NCBI GenBank assembly: GCA_964016885.1
Contig: OZ024741.1
Span: 262,322,001 to 262,386,000, forward strand
Origin: Eledone cirrhosa
Lineage: Eukaryota
Reading direction: 5' to 3'
Length of the DNA: 64,000 bases
The notes below the pieces were generated by a model. It saw only the letters and a list, made by a program, of their open reading frames with translations. It searched no databases and was not told where the DNA came from. The stretch's first letter is position 1; each line of letters begins with the position of its first letter. The translations under genes were made by a program, and so were the position numbers. Positions 1-12,718 of the stretch are shown here, in pieces.

Positions 1-459
1 ACGAGTGTTTCGACTTACGGGTGTTTCGACTCACGAGTGTTCTGATTTACGAGTGTTCTGACTTGCGGGTGTTCTGATTTACGAGTGTTCCGACTTACGA
101 GGGTTCTGACTTACGAGTGTTCCGACTTACGAGTGTTTCGGCTATGAGTGTTTCGACTTATGGGTGTTTCGACTTACGAGTGTTTTTACTTACGGTGTTT
201 CGGCTTACGAGTGTTTCGACATACGAGTGTTTCGACTTACGAGTGTTTCGACTTACGAATGTTCTGACTTACGAGTGCTCTGACTTACGAGTGTTCTGAT
301 TTACGAGTGTTCTGACTTACGAGTGTTCTGACTTACGAGCGTTCTGATTTACGAGTGTTCCGACTTACGAGTGTTTCGGCTTACGAGTGTTTCGGCATAC
401 GAGTGTTTCGACTTAGGAGTGTTCCGACTAACGAGTGTTCCGACATACGGTGTTTCGGC

Positions 460-695
460 TTACGAGTGATTCGACTTACGAGTGTTTTGACTTACGGGTG
501 TTTTGACTTACGGGTGTTGTGAATTACGAGTGTTCCGATTTACGAGTGTTTTGACTTACGGTGTTTCGGCTTACGAGTGTTTTCAGCTTACGAGTGATTC
601 GACTTACGAGTGTTTTGACTTACGGGTGTTTTGACTTACGGGTGTTGTGAATTACGAGTGTTCCGATTTACGAGTGTTTTGACTTACGGTGTTTA
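460..695 (+). repeat. 128-bp (8-monomer) higher-order repeat, ~2 copies
   Basis: Rare variant GTTGTGAATTACG has its GAATT at 521 and 649; the same doublet recurs near 4202/4330, 8491/8619 and 11950/12078. Confidence 0.85.
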
Positions 696-1211
696 GGCTT
701 ACGAGTGTTTCGATTTACGAGTGTTTCGGCTTATGAGCGTTTCGACTTACGAGTGTTTTGACTTACGCGTGTTTTGACATACGAGTGTTTCGACTGACGA
801 GTGTTTCGATACGAGTGTTTCGACTTACGAGTGTTCTGACTTACGAGTGTTCTGACTTACGAGTGTTCTGACTTACGAGTGTTCCGACTTACGAGTGTTC
901 CGACTTACGAGTGTTTCGGCTTACGAGTGTTTCGGCTTACGAGTGTTTCGACTTACGAGTGTTTCGACTTACGAGTGTTCCGACTTACGGGTGTTTCGAC
1001 TTACGAGTGTTTTGGCTTACGGTGTTTCGGCTTACGAGTGTTTCGAGTTACGAGTGTTTTGACTTACGCGTGTTTTGACATACGAGTGTTTCGATACGAG
1101 TGTTCTGACTTACGAGTGTTCTGACTTACGAGTGTTCTGACTTACGAGTGTTCCGACTTTACGAGTGTTTCGGCTCACGAGTGTTTCGGCTTACGAGTGT
1201 TTCGACTTACG

Positions 1212-1289
1212 AAAATAACAAATAGACGCGGTTTCAAATCTCTATGCTTTTCAAATTCATTACATTAATCTTTATTTATACGTTTCGCT
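1212..1289 (+). repeat. AT-rich ~78-bp interspersed element, copy 1 of 25
   Basis: AAAATAACAAATAGACGCGGTTTCAAATCTCTATGCTTTTCAAATTCATTACATTAATCTTTATTTATACGTTTCGCT follows GACTTACG. Confidence 0.95.
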
Positions 1290-2057
1290 TTACGAGTGTT
1301 TCGACTTACGAGTGTTTCGGCTTACGTGAGTTTCGACTTAAGAGTGTTCTGATTTACGAGTGTTCTGACTTGCGGGTGTTCTGATTTACGAGTGTTCCGA
1401 CTTACGAGGGTTCTGACTTACGAGTGTTCCGAATTACGAGTGTTTCGGCTATGAGTGTTTCGACTTATGGGTGCTTCGACTTACGAGTGTTTTTACTTAC
1501 GGTGTTTCGGCTTACGAGTGTTTCGACATACGAGTGTTTTGACTTACGGGTGTTTCGACTTACGAGTGTTTTGACTTACGAATGTTTTTACTTACGGGTG
1601 TTTCGGCTTACGAGTGTTTCGACTTACGAGTGTTTCGGCTTACGAGTGTTTCGACTTACTAATGTTTTTACTTACGAGTGTTTCGGCGTACGAGAGTTTT
1701 GACTTACGAGTGTTTCGACTTACGAGTGTTCTGACTTACGAGTGTTGCGACTTACGAGTGTTCCGACTTACGAGTGTTTCGGCTTACGAGTGTTTCGGCT
1801 TACGAGTGTTTCGACTTACGAGTGTTCCGACTTACGGGTGCTTCGACTTACGAGTGTTTGGGCTTACGGTATTTCGGCTTACGAGTGTTTCGAGTTACGA
1901 GTGTTTTGACTTACGCGTGTTTTGACATACGAGTTTTTCGATACGAGTGTTCTGACTTACGAGTGTTCTGATTACGAGTGTTCTGACTTACGAGTGTTCC
2001 GACTTTACGAGTGTTTCGGCTCACGAGTGTTTCGGCTTACGAGTGTTTCGACTCACG

Positions 2058-2135
2058 AAAATAACAAATAGACGTGGTTTCAAATCTCTATGCTTTTCAA
2101 ATTCATTACATTAATCTTTATTTATACGTTTCGCT
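2058..2135 (+). repeat. AT-rich element copy 2 (GACGTGG variant)
   Basis: Direct match to copy 1, preceded by CTCACG. Confidence 0.95.
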
Positions 2136-3076
2136 TTACGAGTGTTTCGACTTACGAGTGTTTCGACATACGAGTGTTTCGACTTACGAATGTTTTTGCT
2201 TACGAGTGTTTCGGCTTACGAGTGTTCCGACTTACGAATGTTCCGACTTACGAGTGTTTCGGCTTACGAGTGTTTCCGGCTTACGAGTGTTTTGACTTAC
2301 GGGTGTTTTGACTTACGGGTGTTTCGGCTTACGAGTTTTTCGACTTACGAGTGTTTTGACTTACGAGTGATCTGATTTACGGATGTTTCGACATACGAGT
2401 GTTTCGACTTACGAGTGTTTCGACTTATGAGTATTTCGACTTACGAGTGTTTCGACTTACGAGTGTTTCGACTTACGAGTGTTCCGACTTACGAGTGTTT
2501 CGGCTTACGAGTGTTTTGGGTTACGAGTGTTTCGACATACGAGTGTTTCGACTTACGAGTGTTCCGACTAACGAGTGTTCCGACTTACGAGTGTTTCGGC
2601 TTACGAGTGTTTCGGCTTACCAGTGTTTCGACTTACGAGTGTTTTAACTTACGTGTGTTTCGGCTTACGAGTGTTTCGACTTACCAGTGTTTTTACTTAC
2701 GGTGTTTCGGCTTACGAGTGTTTCGACATACGAGTGTTTTGACTTAAGGGTGTTTCGACTTACGAGTGTTTCGACTTACGAGTGTTTCGGCTTGCGAGTG
2801 TTTTGACTTAAGGATGTTTCGACTTACGAGTGTTTCGATACGAGTGTTTCGACTTACGAGTGTTTTGACTTACGGTGTGTCGGCTTACGAGTGTTTCGAC
2901 TTACGAGTGTTTTGACTTACGGGTGTTTTGACATACGATTGTTTCGATACGAGTGTTCTGACTTACGAGTGTTCTGACTTACGTGTTTTGACTTACGAGT
3001 GTTCTGACTTACGAGTGTTCCGACTTACGAGTGTTCCGACTTACGAGTGTTTCGGCTTACGAGTGTTTCCGGCTTA

Positions 3077-3746
3077 CGAGTGTTTCGACTTACGAGTGTT
3101 TTGACTTACGGTGTTTCGGCTTACGAGTGATTCGACTTACGAATGTTTTGACTTACGGGTGTTTCGGCTTGCGAGTGTTTCGACTTACGAGTGTTTCGGC
3201 TTATGAGTGTTTCGACTTACTAATGTTTTTACTTACGAGTGTTTCGGCGTACGAGTGTTTTGACTTACGAGTGTTTCGACTTACGAGTGTTTTGACTTAC
3301 GAATGTTTTGACTTACGGGTGTTTCGGCTTACGAGTGTTTCGACTTACGAGTGTTTCGGCTTGCGAGTGTTTCGACTTACTAATGTTTTTACTTAAGAGT
3401 GTTTCGGCGTACGAGTGTTTCGACTTACGAGTGTTTTGACTTACGGTGTTTCGGCTTACGAGTGATTCGACTTACGAATGTTTTGACTTACGGGTGTTTC
3501 GGCTTGCGAGTGTTTCGACTTACGAGTGTTTCGGCTTATGAGTGTTTCGACTTACTAATGTTTTTACTTACGAGTGTTTCGGCGTACGAGTGTTTTGACT
3601 TACGAGTGTTTCGACTTACGAGTGTTTTGACTTACGAATGTTTTGACTTACGGGTGTTTCGGCTTACGAGTGTTTCGACTTACGAGTGTTTCGGCTTGCG
3701 AGTGTTTCGACTTACTAATGTTTTTACTTAAGAGTGTTTCGGCGTA
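3077..3746 (+). repeat. 335-bp (21-monomer) local tandem duplication
   Basis: ORFs with identical C-terminal translations end at 3396 and 3731; the homologous blocks at 7655 and 11114 have only one copy. Confidence 0.85.
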
Positions 3747-4876
3747 CGAGTGTTTCGACTTACGAGTGTTTCGACTTACGGGTGCTTTGACTTAAGGGTG
3801 TTTCGACTTACGAGTGTTTCGACTTACGAGTGTTTCGGCTTACGAGTGTTTTGACTTAAGGATGTTTCGACTTACGAGTGTTTCGATACGAGTGTTTCGA
3901 CTTACGAGTGTTTCGACTTACGAGTGTTTCGACTTACGAATGTTCTGACTTACGAGTGCTCTGACTTACGAGTGTTCTGATTTACGAGTGTTCTGACTTA
4001 CGAGTGTTCTGACTTACGAGCGTTCTGATTTACGAGTGTTCCGACTTACGAGTGTTTCGGCTTACGAGTGTTTCGGCATACGAGTGTTTCGACTTAGGAG
4101 TGTTCCGACTAACGAGTGTTCCGACATACGGTGTTTCGGCTTACGAGTGATTCGACTTACGAGTGTTTTGACTTACGGGTGTTTTGACTTACGGGTGTTG
4201 TGAATTACGAGTGTTCCGATTTACGAGTGTTTTGACTTACGGTGTTTCGGCTTACGAGTGTTTTCAGCTTACGAGTGATTCGACTTACGAGTGTTTTGAC
4301 TTACGGGTGTTTTGACTTACGGGTGTTGTGAATTACGAGTGTTCCGATTTACGAGTGTTTTGACTTACGGTGTTTAGGCTTACGAGTGTTTCGATTTACG
4401 AGTGTTTCGGCTTATGAGCGTTTCGACTTACGAGTGTTTTGACTTACGGGTGTTTTGACATACGAGTGTTTCGACTGACGAGTGTTTCGATACGAGTGTT
4501 TCGACTTACGAGTGTTCTGACTTACGAGTGTTCTGACTTACGAGTGTTCTGACTTACGAGTGTTCCGACTTACGAGTGTTCCGACTTACGAGTGTTTCGG
4601 CTTACGAGTGTTTCGGCTTACGAGTGTTTCGACTTACGAGTGTTTCGACTTACGAGTGTTCCGACTTACGGGTGTTTCGACTTACGAGTGTTTTGGCTTA
4701 CGGTGTTTCGGCTTACGAGTGTTTCGAGTTACGAGTGTTTTGACTTACGCGTGTTTTGACATACGAGTGTTTCGATACGAGTGTTCTGACTTACGAGTGT
4801 TCTGACTTACGAGTGTTCCGACTTTACGAGTGTTTCGGCTCACGAGTGTTTCGGCTTACGAGTGTTTCGACTTACG

Positions 4877-4954
4877 AAAATAACAAATAGACGCGGTTTC
4901 AAATCTCTATGCTTTTCAAATTCATTACATTAATCTTTATTTATACGTTTCGCT
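4877..4954 (+). repeat. AT-rich element copy 3
   Basis: Direct match to copy 1. Confidence 0.95.
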
Positions 4955-5722
4955 TTACGAGTGTTTCGACTTACGAGTGTTTCGGCTTACGTGAGTTTCG
5001 ACTTAAGAGTGTTCTGATTTACGAGTGTTCTGACTTGCGGGTGTTCTGATTTACGAGTGTTCCGACTTACGAGGGTTCTGACTTACGAGTGTTCCGAATT
5101 ACGAGTGTTTCGGCTATGAGTGTTTCGACTTATGGGTGCTTCGACTTACGAGTGTTTTTACTTACGGTGTTTCGGCTTACGAGTGTTTCGACATACGAGT
5201 GTTTTGACTTACGGGTGTTTCGACTTACGAGTGTTTTGACTTACGAATGTTTTTACTTACGGGTGTTTCGGCTTACGAGTGTTTCGACTTACGAGTGTTT
5301 CGGCTTACGAGTGTTTCGACTTACTAATGTTTTTACTTACGAGTGTTTCGGCGTACGAGAGTTTTGACTTACGAGTGTTTCGACTTACGAGTGTTCTGAC
5401 TTACGAGTGTTCCGAGTTACGAGTGTTCCGACTTACGAGTGTTTCGGCTTACGAGTGTTTCGGCTTACGAGTGTTTCGCCTTACGAGTGTTCCGACTTAC
5501 GGGTGCTTCGACTTACGAGTGTTTGGGCTTACGGTATTTCGGCTTACGAGTGTTTCGAGTTACGAGTGTTTTGACTTACGCGTGTTTTGACATACGAGTT
5601 TTTCGATACGAGTGTTCTTACTTACGAGTGTTCTGATTACGAGTGTTCTGACTTACGAGTGTTCCGACTTTACGAGTGTTTCGGCTCACGAGTGTTTCGG
5701 CTTACGAGTGTTTCGACTTACG

Positions 5723-5800
5723 AAAATAACAAATAGACGCGGTTTCAAATCTCTATGCTTTTCAAATTCATTACATTAATCTTTATTTATACGTTTCGCT
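5723..5800 (+). repeat. AT-rich element copy 4
   Basis: Direct match to copy 1. Confidence 0.95.
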
Positions 5801-6681
5801 TTACGAGTGTTTCGACTTACGAGTGTTTCGACATACGAGTGTTTCGACTTACGAATGTTTTTGCTTACGAGTGTTTCGGCTTACGAGTGTTCCGACTTAC
5901 GAGTGTTTCGGCTTACGAGTGTTTCCGGCTTACGAGTGTTTCGACTTACGGGTGTTTCGACTCACGAGTGTTCTGATTTACGAGTGTTCTGACTTGCGGG
6001 TGTTCTGATTTACGAGTGTTCCGACTTACGAGGGTTCTGACTTACGAGTGTTCCGACTTACGAGTGTTTCGGCTATGAGTGTTTCGACTTATGGGTGTTT
6101 CGACTTACGAGTGTTTTTACTTACGGTGTTTCGGCTTACGAGTGTTTCGACATACGAGTGTTTTGACTTACGGGTGTTTCGACTTACGAGTGTTTTGACT
6201 TACGAATGTTTTGACTTACGGGTGTTTCGGCTTACGAGTGTTTCGACTTACGAGTGTTTCGGCTTACGAGTGTTTCGACTTACTAATGTTTTTACTTACG
6301 AGTGTTTCGGCGTACGAGAGTTTTGACTTACGAGTGTTTCGACTTACGAGTGTTCTGACTTACGAGTGTTGCGACTTACGAGTGTTCCGACTTACGAGTG
6401 TTTCGGCTTACGAGTGTTTCGGCTTACGAGTGTTTCGCCTTACGAGTGTTCCGACTTACGGGTGCTTCGACTTACGAGTGTTTGGGCTTACGGTATTTCG
6501 GCTTACGAGTGTTTCGAGTTACGAGTGTTTTGACTTACGCGTGATTTGACATACGAGTTTTTCGATACGAGTGTTCTGACTTACGAGTGTTCTGATTACG
6601 AGTGTTCTGACTTACGAGTGTTCCGACTTTACGAGTGTTTCGGCTCACGAGTGTTTCGGCTTACGAGTGTTTCGACTCACG

Positions 6682-6759
6682 AAAATAACAAATAGACGTG
6701 GTTTCAAATCTCTATGCTTTTCAAATTCATTACATTAATCTTTATTTATACGTTTCGCT
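6682..6759 (+). repeat. AT-rich element copy 5 (GACGTGG variant)
   Basis: Direct match to copy 2. Confidence 0.95.
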
Positions 6760-9149
6760 TTACGAGTGTTTCGACTTACGAGTGTTTCGACATACGAGTG
6801 TTTCGACTTACGAATGTTTTTGCTTACGAGTGTTTCGGCTTACGAGTGTTCCGACTTACGAGTGTTCCGACTTACGAGTGTTTCGGCTTACGAGTGTTTC
6901 CGGCTTACGAGTGTTTTGACTTACGGGTGTTTTGACTTACGGGTGTTTCGGCTTACGAGTTTTTCGACTTACGAGTGTTTTGACTTACGAGTGATCTGAT
7001 TTACGGATGTTTCGACATACGAGTGTTTCGACTTACGAGTGTTTCGACTTATGAGTATTTCGACTTACGAGTGTTTCGACTTACGAGTGTTTCGACTTAC
7101 GAGTGTTCCGACTTACGAGTGTTTCGGCTTACGAGTGTTTTGGGTTACGAGTGTTTCGACATACGAGTGTTTCGACTTACGAGTGTTCCGACTAACGAGT
7201 GTTCCGACTTACGAGTGTTTCGGCTTACGAGTGTTTCGGCTTACCAGTGTTTCGACTTACGAGTGTTTTAACTTACGTGTGTTTCGGCTTACGAGTGTTT
7301 CGACTTACCAGTGTTTTTACTTACGGTGTTTCGGCTTACGAGTGTTTCGACATACGAGTGTTTTGACTTAAGGGTGTTTCGACTTACGAGTGTTTCGACT
7401 TACGAGTGTTTCGGCTTACGAGTGTTTTGACTTAAGGATGTTTCGACTTACGAGTGTTTCGATACGAGTGTTTCGACTTACGAGTGTTTTGACTTACGCT
7501 GTGTCGGCTTACGAGTGTTTCGACTTACGAGTGTTTTGACTTACGGGTGTTTTGACATACGATTGTTTCGATACGAGTGTTCTGACTTACGAGTGTTCTG
7601 ACTTACGTGTTTTGACTTACGAGTGTTCTGACTTACGAGTGTTCCGACTTACGAGTGTTCCGACTTACGAGTGTTTCGGCTTACGAGTGTTTCCGGCTTA
7701 CGAGTGTTTCGACTTACGAGTGTTTTGACTTACGGTGTTTCGGCTTACGAGTGATTCGACTTACGAATGTTTTGACTTACGGGTGTTTCGGCTTGCGAGT
7801 GTTTCGACTTACGAGTGTTTCGGCTTATGAGTGTTTCGACTTACTAATGTTTTTACTTACGAGTGTTTCGGCGTACGAGTGTTTTGACTTACGAGTGTTT
7901 CGACTTACGAGTGTTTTGACTTACGAATGTTTTGACTTACGGGTGTTTCGACTTACGAGTGTTTCGACTTACGAGTGTTTCGGCTTGCGAGTGTTTCGAC
8001 TTACTAATGTTTTTACTTAAGAGTGTTTCGGCGTACGAGTGTTTCGACTTACGAGTGTTTCGACTTACGGGTGCTTTGACTTAAGGGTGTTTCGACTTAC
8101 GAGTGTTTCGACTTACGAGTGTTTCGGCTTACGAGTGTTTTGACTTAAGGATGTTTCGACTTACGAGTGTTTCGATACGAGTGTTTCGACTTACGAGTGT
8201 TTCGACTTACGAGTGTTTCGACTTACGAATGTTCTGACTTACGAGTGCTCTGACTTACGAGTGTTCTGATTTACGAGTGTTCTGACTTACGAGTGTTCTG
8301 ACTTACGAGCGTTCTGATTTACGAGTGTTCCGACTTACGAGTGTTTCGGCTTACGAGTGTTTCGACATACGAGTGTTTCGACTTAGGAGTGTTCCGACTA
8401 ACGAGTGTTCCGACATACGGTGTTTCGGCTTACGAGTGATTCGACTTACGAGTGTTTTGACTTACGGGTGTTTTGACTTACGGGTGTTGTGAATTACGAG
8501 TGTTCCGATTTACGAGTGTTTTGACTTACGGTGTTTCGGCTTACGAGTGTTTTCAGCTTACGAGTGATTCGACTTACGAGTGTTTTGACTTACGGGTGTT
8601 TTGACTTACGGGTGTTGTGAATTACGAGTGTTCCGATTTACGAGTGTTTTGACTTACGGTGTTTAGGCTTACGAGTGTTTCGATTTACGAGTGTTTCGGC
8701 TTATGAGCGTTTCGACTTACGAGTGTTTTGACTTACGGGTGTTTTGACATACGAGTGTTTCGACTGACGAGTGTTTCGATACGAGTGTTTCGACTTACGA
8801 GTGTTCTGACTTACGAGTGTTCTGACTTACGAGTGTTCTGACTTACGAGTGTTCCGACTTACGAGTGTTTCGACTTACGAGTGTTTCGGCTTACGAGTGT
8901 TTCGGCTTACGAGTGTTTCGACTTACGAGTGTTTCGACTTACGAGTGTTTTGGCTTACGGTGTTTCGGCTTACGAGTGTTTCGAGTTACGAGTGTTTTGA
9001 CTTACGCGTGTTTTGACATACGAGTGTTTCGATACGAGTGTTCTGACTTACGAGTGTTCTGACTTACGAGTGTTCTGACTTACGAGTGTTCCGACTTTAC
9101 GAGTGTTTCGGCTCACGAGTGTTTCGGCTTACGAGTGTTTCGACTTACG

Positions 9150-9227
9150 AAAATAACAAATAGACGCGGTTTCAAATCTCTATGCTTTTCAAATTTATTA
9201 CATTAATCTTTATTTATACGTTTCGCT
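9150..9227 (+). repeat. AT-rich element copy 6 (AAATTTATT variant)
   Basis: Match to copy 1 with one C>T. Confidence 0.95.
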
Positions 9228-10140
9228 TTACGAGTGTTTCGACTTACGAGTGTTTCGGCTTACGTGAGTTTCGACTTAAGAGTGTTCTGATTTACGAGTG
9301 TTCTGACTTGCGGGTGTTCTGATTTACGAGTGTTCCGACTTACGAGGGTTCTGACTTACGAGTGTTTCGGCTTACGAGTGTTTCCGGCTTACGAGTGTTT
9401 CGACTTACGGGTGTTTCGACTCACGAGTGTTCTGATTTACGAGTGTTCTGACTTGCGGGTGTTCTGATTTACGAGTGTTCCGACTTACGAGGGTTCTGAC
9501 TTACGAGTGTTCCGACTTACGAGTGTTTCGGCTATGAGTGTTTCGACTTATGGGTGTTTCGACTTACGAGTGTTTTTACTTACGGTGTTTCGGCTTACGA
9601 GTGTTTCGACATACGAGTGTTTTGACTTACGGGTGTTTCGACTTACGAGTGTTTTGACTTACGAATGTTTTGACTTACGGGTGTTTCGGCTTACGAGTGT
9701 TTCGACTTACGAGTGTTTCGGCTTACGAGTGTTTCGACTTACTAATGTTTTTACTTACGAGTGTTTCGGCGTACGAGAGTTTTGACTTACGAGTGTTTCG
9801 ACTTACGAGTGTTCTGACTTACGAGTGTTGCGACTTACGAGTGTTCCGACTTACGAGTGTTTCGGCTTACGAGTGTTTCGGCTTACGAGTGTTTCGCCTT
9901 ACGAGTGTTCCGACTTACGGGTGCTTCGACTTACGAGTGTTTGGGCTTACGGTATTTCGGCTTACGAGTGTTTCGAGTTACGAGTGTTTTGACTTACGCG
10001 TGATTTGACATACGAGTTTTTCGATACGAGTGTTCTGACTTACGAGTGTTCTGATTACGAGTGTTCTGACTTACGAGTGTTCCGACTTTACGAGTGTTTC
10101 GGCTCACGAGTGTTTCGGCTTACGAGTGTTTCGACTCACG

Positions 10141-10218
10141 AAAATAACAAATAGACGTGGTTTCAAATCTCTATGCTTTTCAAATTCATTACATTAATCT
10201 TTATTTATACGTTTCGCT
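10141..10218 (+). repeat. AT-rich element copy 7 (GACGTGG variant)
   Basis: Direct match to copy 2. Confidence 0.95.
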
Positions 10219-12640
10219 TTACGAGTGTTTCGACTTACGAGTGTTTCGACATACGAGTGTTTCGACTTACGAATGTTTTTGCTTACGAGTGTTTCGGCTT
10301 ACGAGTGTTCCGACTTACGAGTGTTCCGACTTACGAGTGTTTCGGCTTACGAGTGTTTCCGGCTTACGAGTGTTTTGACTTACGGGTGTTTTGACTTACG
10401 GGTGTTTCGGCTTACGAGTTTTTCGACTTACGAGTGTTTTGACTTACGAGTGATCTGATTTACGGATGTTTCGACATACGAGTGTTTCGACTTACGAGTG
10501 TTTCGACTTATGAGTATTTCGACTTACGAGTGTTTCGACTTACGAGTGTTTCGACTTACGAGTGTTCCGACTTACGAGTGTTTCGGCTTACGAGTGTTTT
10601 GGGTTACGAGTGTTTCGACATACGAGTGTTTCGACTTACGAGTGTTCCGACTAACGAGTGTTCCGACTTACGAGTGTTTCGGCTTACGAGTGTTTCGGCT
10701 TACCAGTGTTTCGACTTACGAGTGTTTTAACTTACGTGTGTTTCGGCTTACGAGTGTTTCGACTTACCAGTGTTTTTACTTACGGTGTTTCGGCTTACGA
10801 GTGTTTCGACATACGAGTGTTTTGACTTAAGGGTGTTTCGACTTACGAGTGTTTCGACTTACGAGTGTTTCGGCTTACGAGTGTTTTGACTTAAGGATGT
10901 TTCGACTTACGAGTGTTTCGATACGAGTGTTTCGACTTACGAGTGTTTTGACTTACGGTGTGTCGGCTTACGAGTGTTTCGACTTACGAGTGTTTTGACT
11001 TACGGGTGTTTTGACATACGATTGTTTCGATACGAGTGTTCTGACTTACGAGTGTTCTGACTTACGTGTTTTGACTTACGAGTGTTCTGACTTACGAGTG
11101 TTCCGACTTACGAGTGTTCCGACTTACGAGTGTTTCGGCTTACGAGTGTTTCCGGCTTACGAGTGTTTCGACTTACGAGTGTTTTGACTTACGGTGTTTC
11201 GGCTTACGAGTGATTCGACTTACGAATGTTTTGACTTACGGGTGTTTCGGCTTGCGAGTGTTTCGACTTACGAGTGTTTCGGCTTATGAGTGTTTCGACT
11301 TACTAATGTTTTTACTTACGAGTGTTTCGGCGTACGAGTGTTTTGACTTACGAGTGTTTCGACTTACGAGTGTTTTGACTTACGAATGTTTTGACTTACG
11401 AGTGTTTCGGCTTACGAGTGTTTCGACTTACGAGTGTTTCGGCTTGCGAGTGTTTCGACTTACTAATGTTTTTACTTAAGAGTGTTTCGGCGTACGAGTG
11501 TTTCGACTTACGAGTGTTTCGACTTACGGGTGCTTTGACTTAAGGGTGTTTCGACTTACGAGTGTTTCGACTTACGAGTGTTTCGGCTTACGAGTGTTTT
11601 GACTTAAGGATGTTTCGACTTACGAGTGTTTCGATACGAGTGTTTCGACTTACGAGTGTTTCGACTTACGAGTGTTTCGACTTACGAATGTTCTGACTTA
11701 CGAGTGCTCTGACTTACGAGTGTTCTGATTTACGAGTGTTCTGACTTACGAGTGTTCTGACTTACGAGCGTTCTGATTTACGAGTGTTCCGACTTACGAG
11801 TGTTTCGGCTTACGAGTGTTTCGACATACGAGTGTTTCGACTTAGGAGTGTTCCGACTAACGAGTGTTCCGACATACGGTGTTTCGGCTTACGAGTGATT
11901 CGACTTACGAGTGTTTTGACTTACGGGTGTTTTGACTTACGGGTGTTGTGAATTACGAGTGTTCCGATTTACGAGTGTTTTGACTTACGGTGTTTCGGCT
12001 TACGAGTGTTTTCAGCTTACGAGTGATTCGACTTACGAGTGTTTTGACTTACGGGTGTTTTGACTTACGGGTGTTGTGAATTACGAGTGTTCCGATTTAC
12101 GAGTGTTTTGACTTACGGTGTTTAGGCTTACGAGTGTTTCGATTTACGAGTGTTTCGGCTTATGAGCGTTTCGACTTACGAGTGTTTTGACTTACGGGTG
12201 TTTTGACATACGAGTGTTTCGACTGACGAGTGTTTCGATACGAGTGTTTCGACTTACGAGTGTTCTGACTTACGAGTGTTCTGACTTACGAGTGTTCTGA
12301 CTTACGAGTGTTCCGACTTACGAGTGTTCCGACTTACGAGTGTTTCGGCTTACGAGTGTTTCGGCTTACGAGTGTTTCGACTTACGAGTGTTTCGACTTA
12401 CGAGTGTTCCGACTTACGGGTGTTTCGACTTACGAGTGTTTTGGCTTACGGTGTTTCGGCTTACGAGTGTTTCGAGTTACGAGTGTTTTGACTTACGCGT
12501 GTTTTGACATACGAGTGTTTCGATACGAGTGTTCTGACTTACGAGTGTTCTGACTTACGAGTGTTCTGACTTACGAGTGTTCCGACTTTACGAGTGTTTC
12601 GGCTCACGAGTGTTTCGGCTTACGAGTGTTTCGACTTACG

Positions 12641-12718
12641 AAAATAACAAATAGACGCGGTTTCAAATCTCTATGCTTTTCAAATTCATTACATTAATCT
12701 TTATTTATACGTTTCGCT
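12641..12718 (+). repeat. AT-rich element copy 8
   Basis: Direct match to copy 1. Confidence 0.95.

Noticed and set aside
1212-1289. AT-rich element as an active MITE/SINE, tRNA, promoter or terminator
   Set aside because: It has no terminal inverted repeats, A/B boxes, poly-A tail, cloverleaf or GC hairpin. The flanking TTACGA could mimic a target-site duplication but is just monomer sequence, and identical junctions point to passive amplification.
2090-2311. MLFKFITLIFIYTFRF ORF start resembling a signal peptide
   Set aside because: It arises from the T-rich insert, runs straight into satellite, and ends at variable positions in different copies; there is no evidence of expression or frame conservation.
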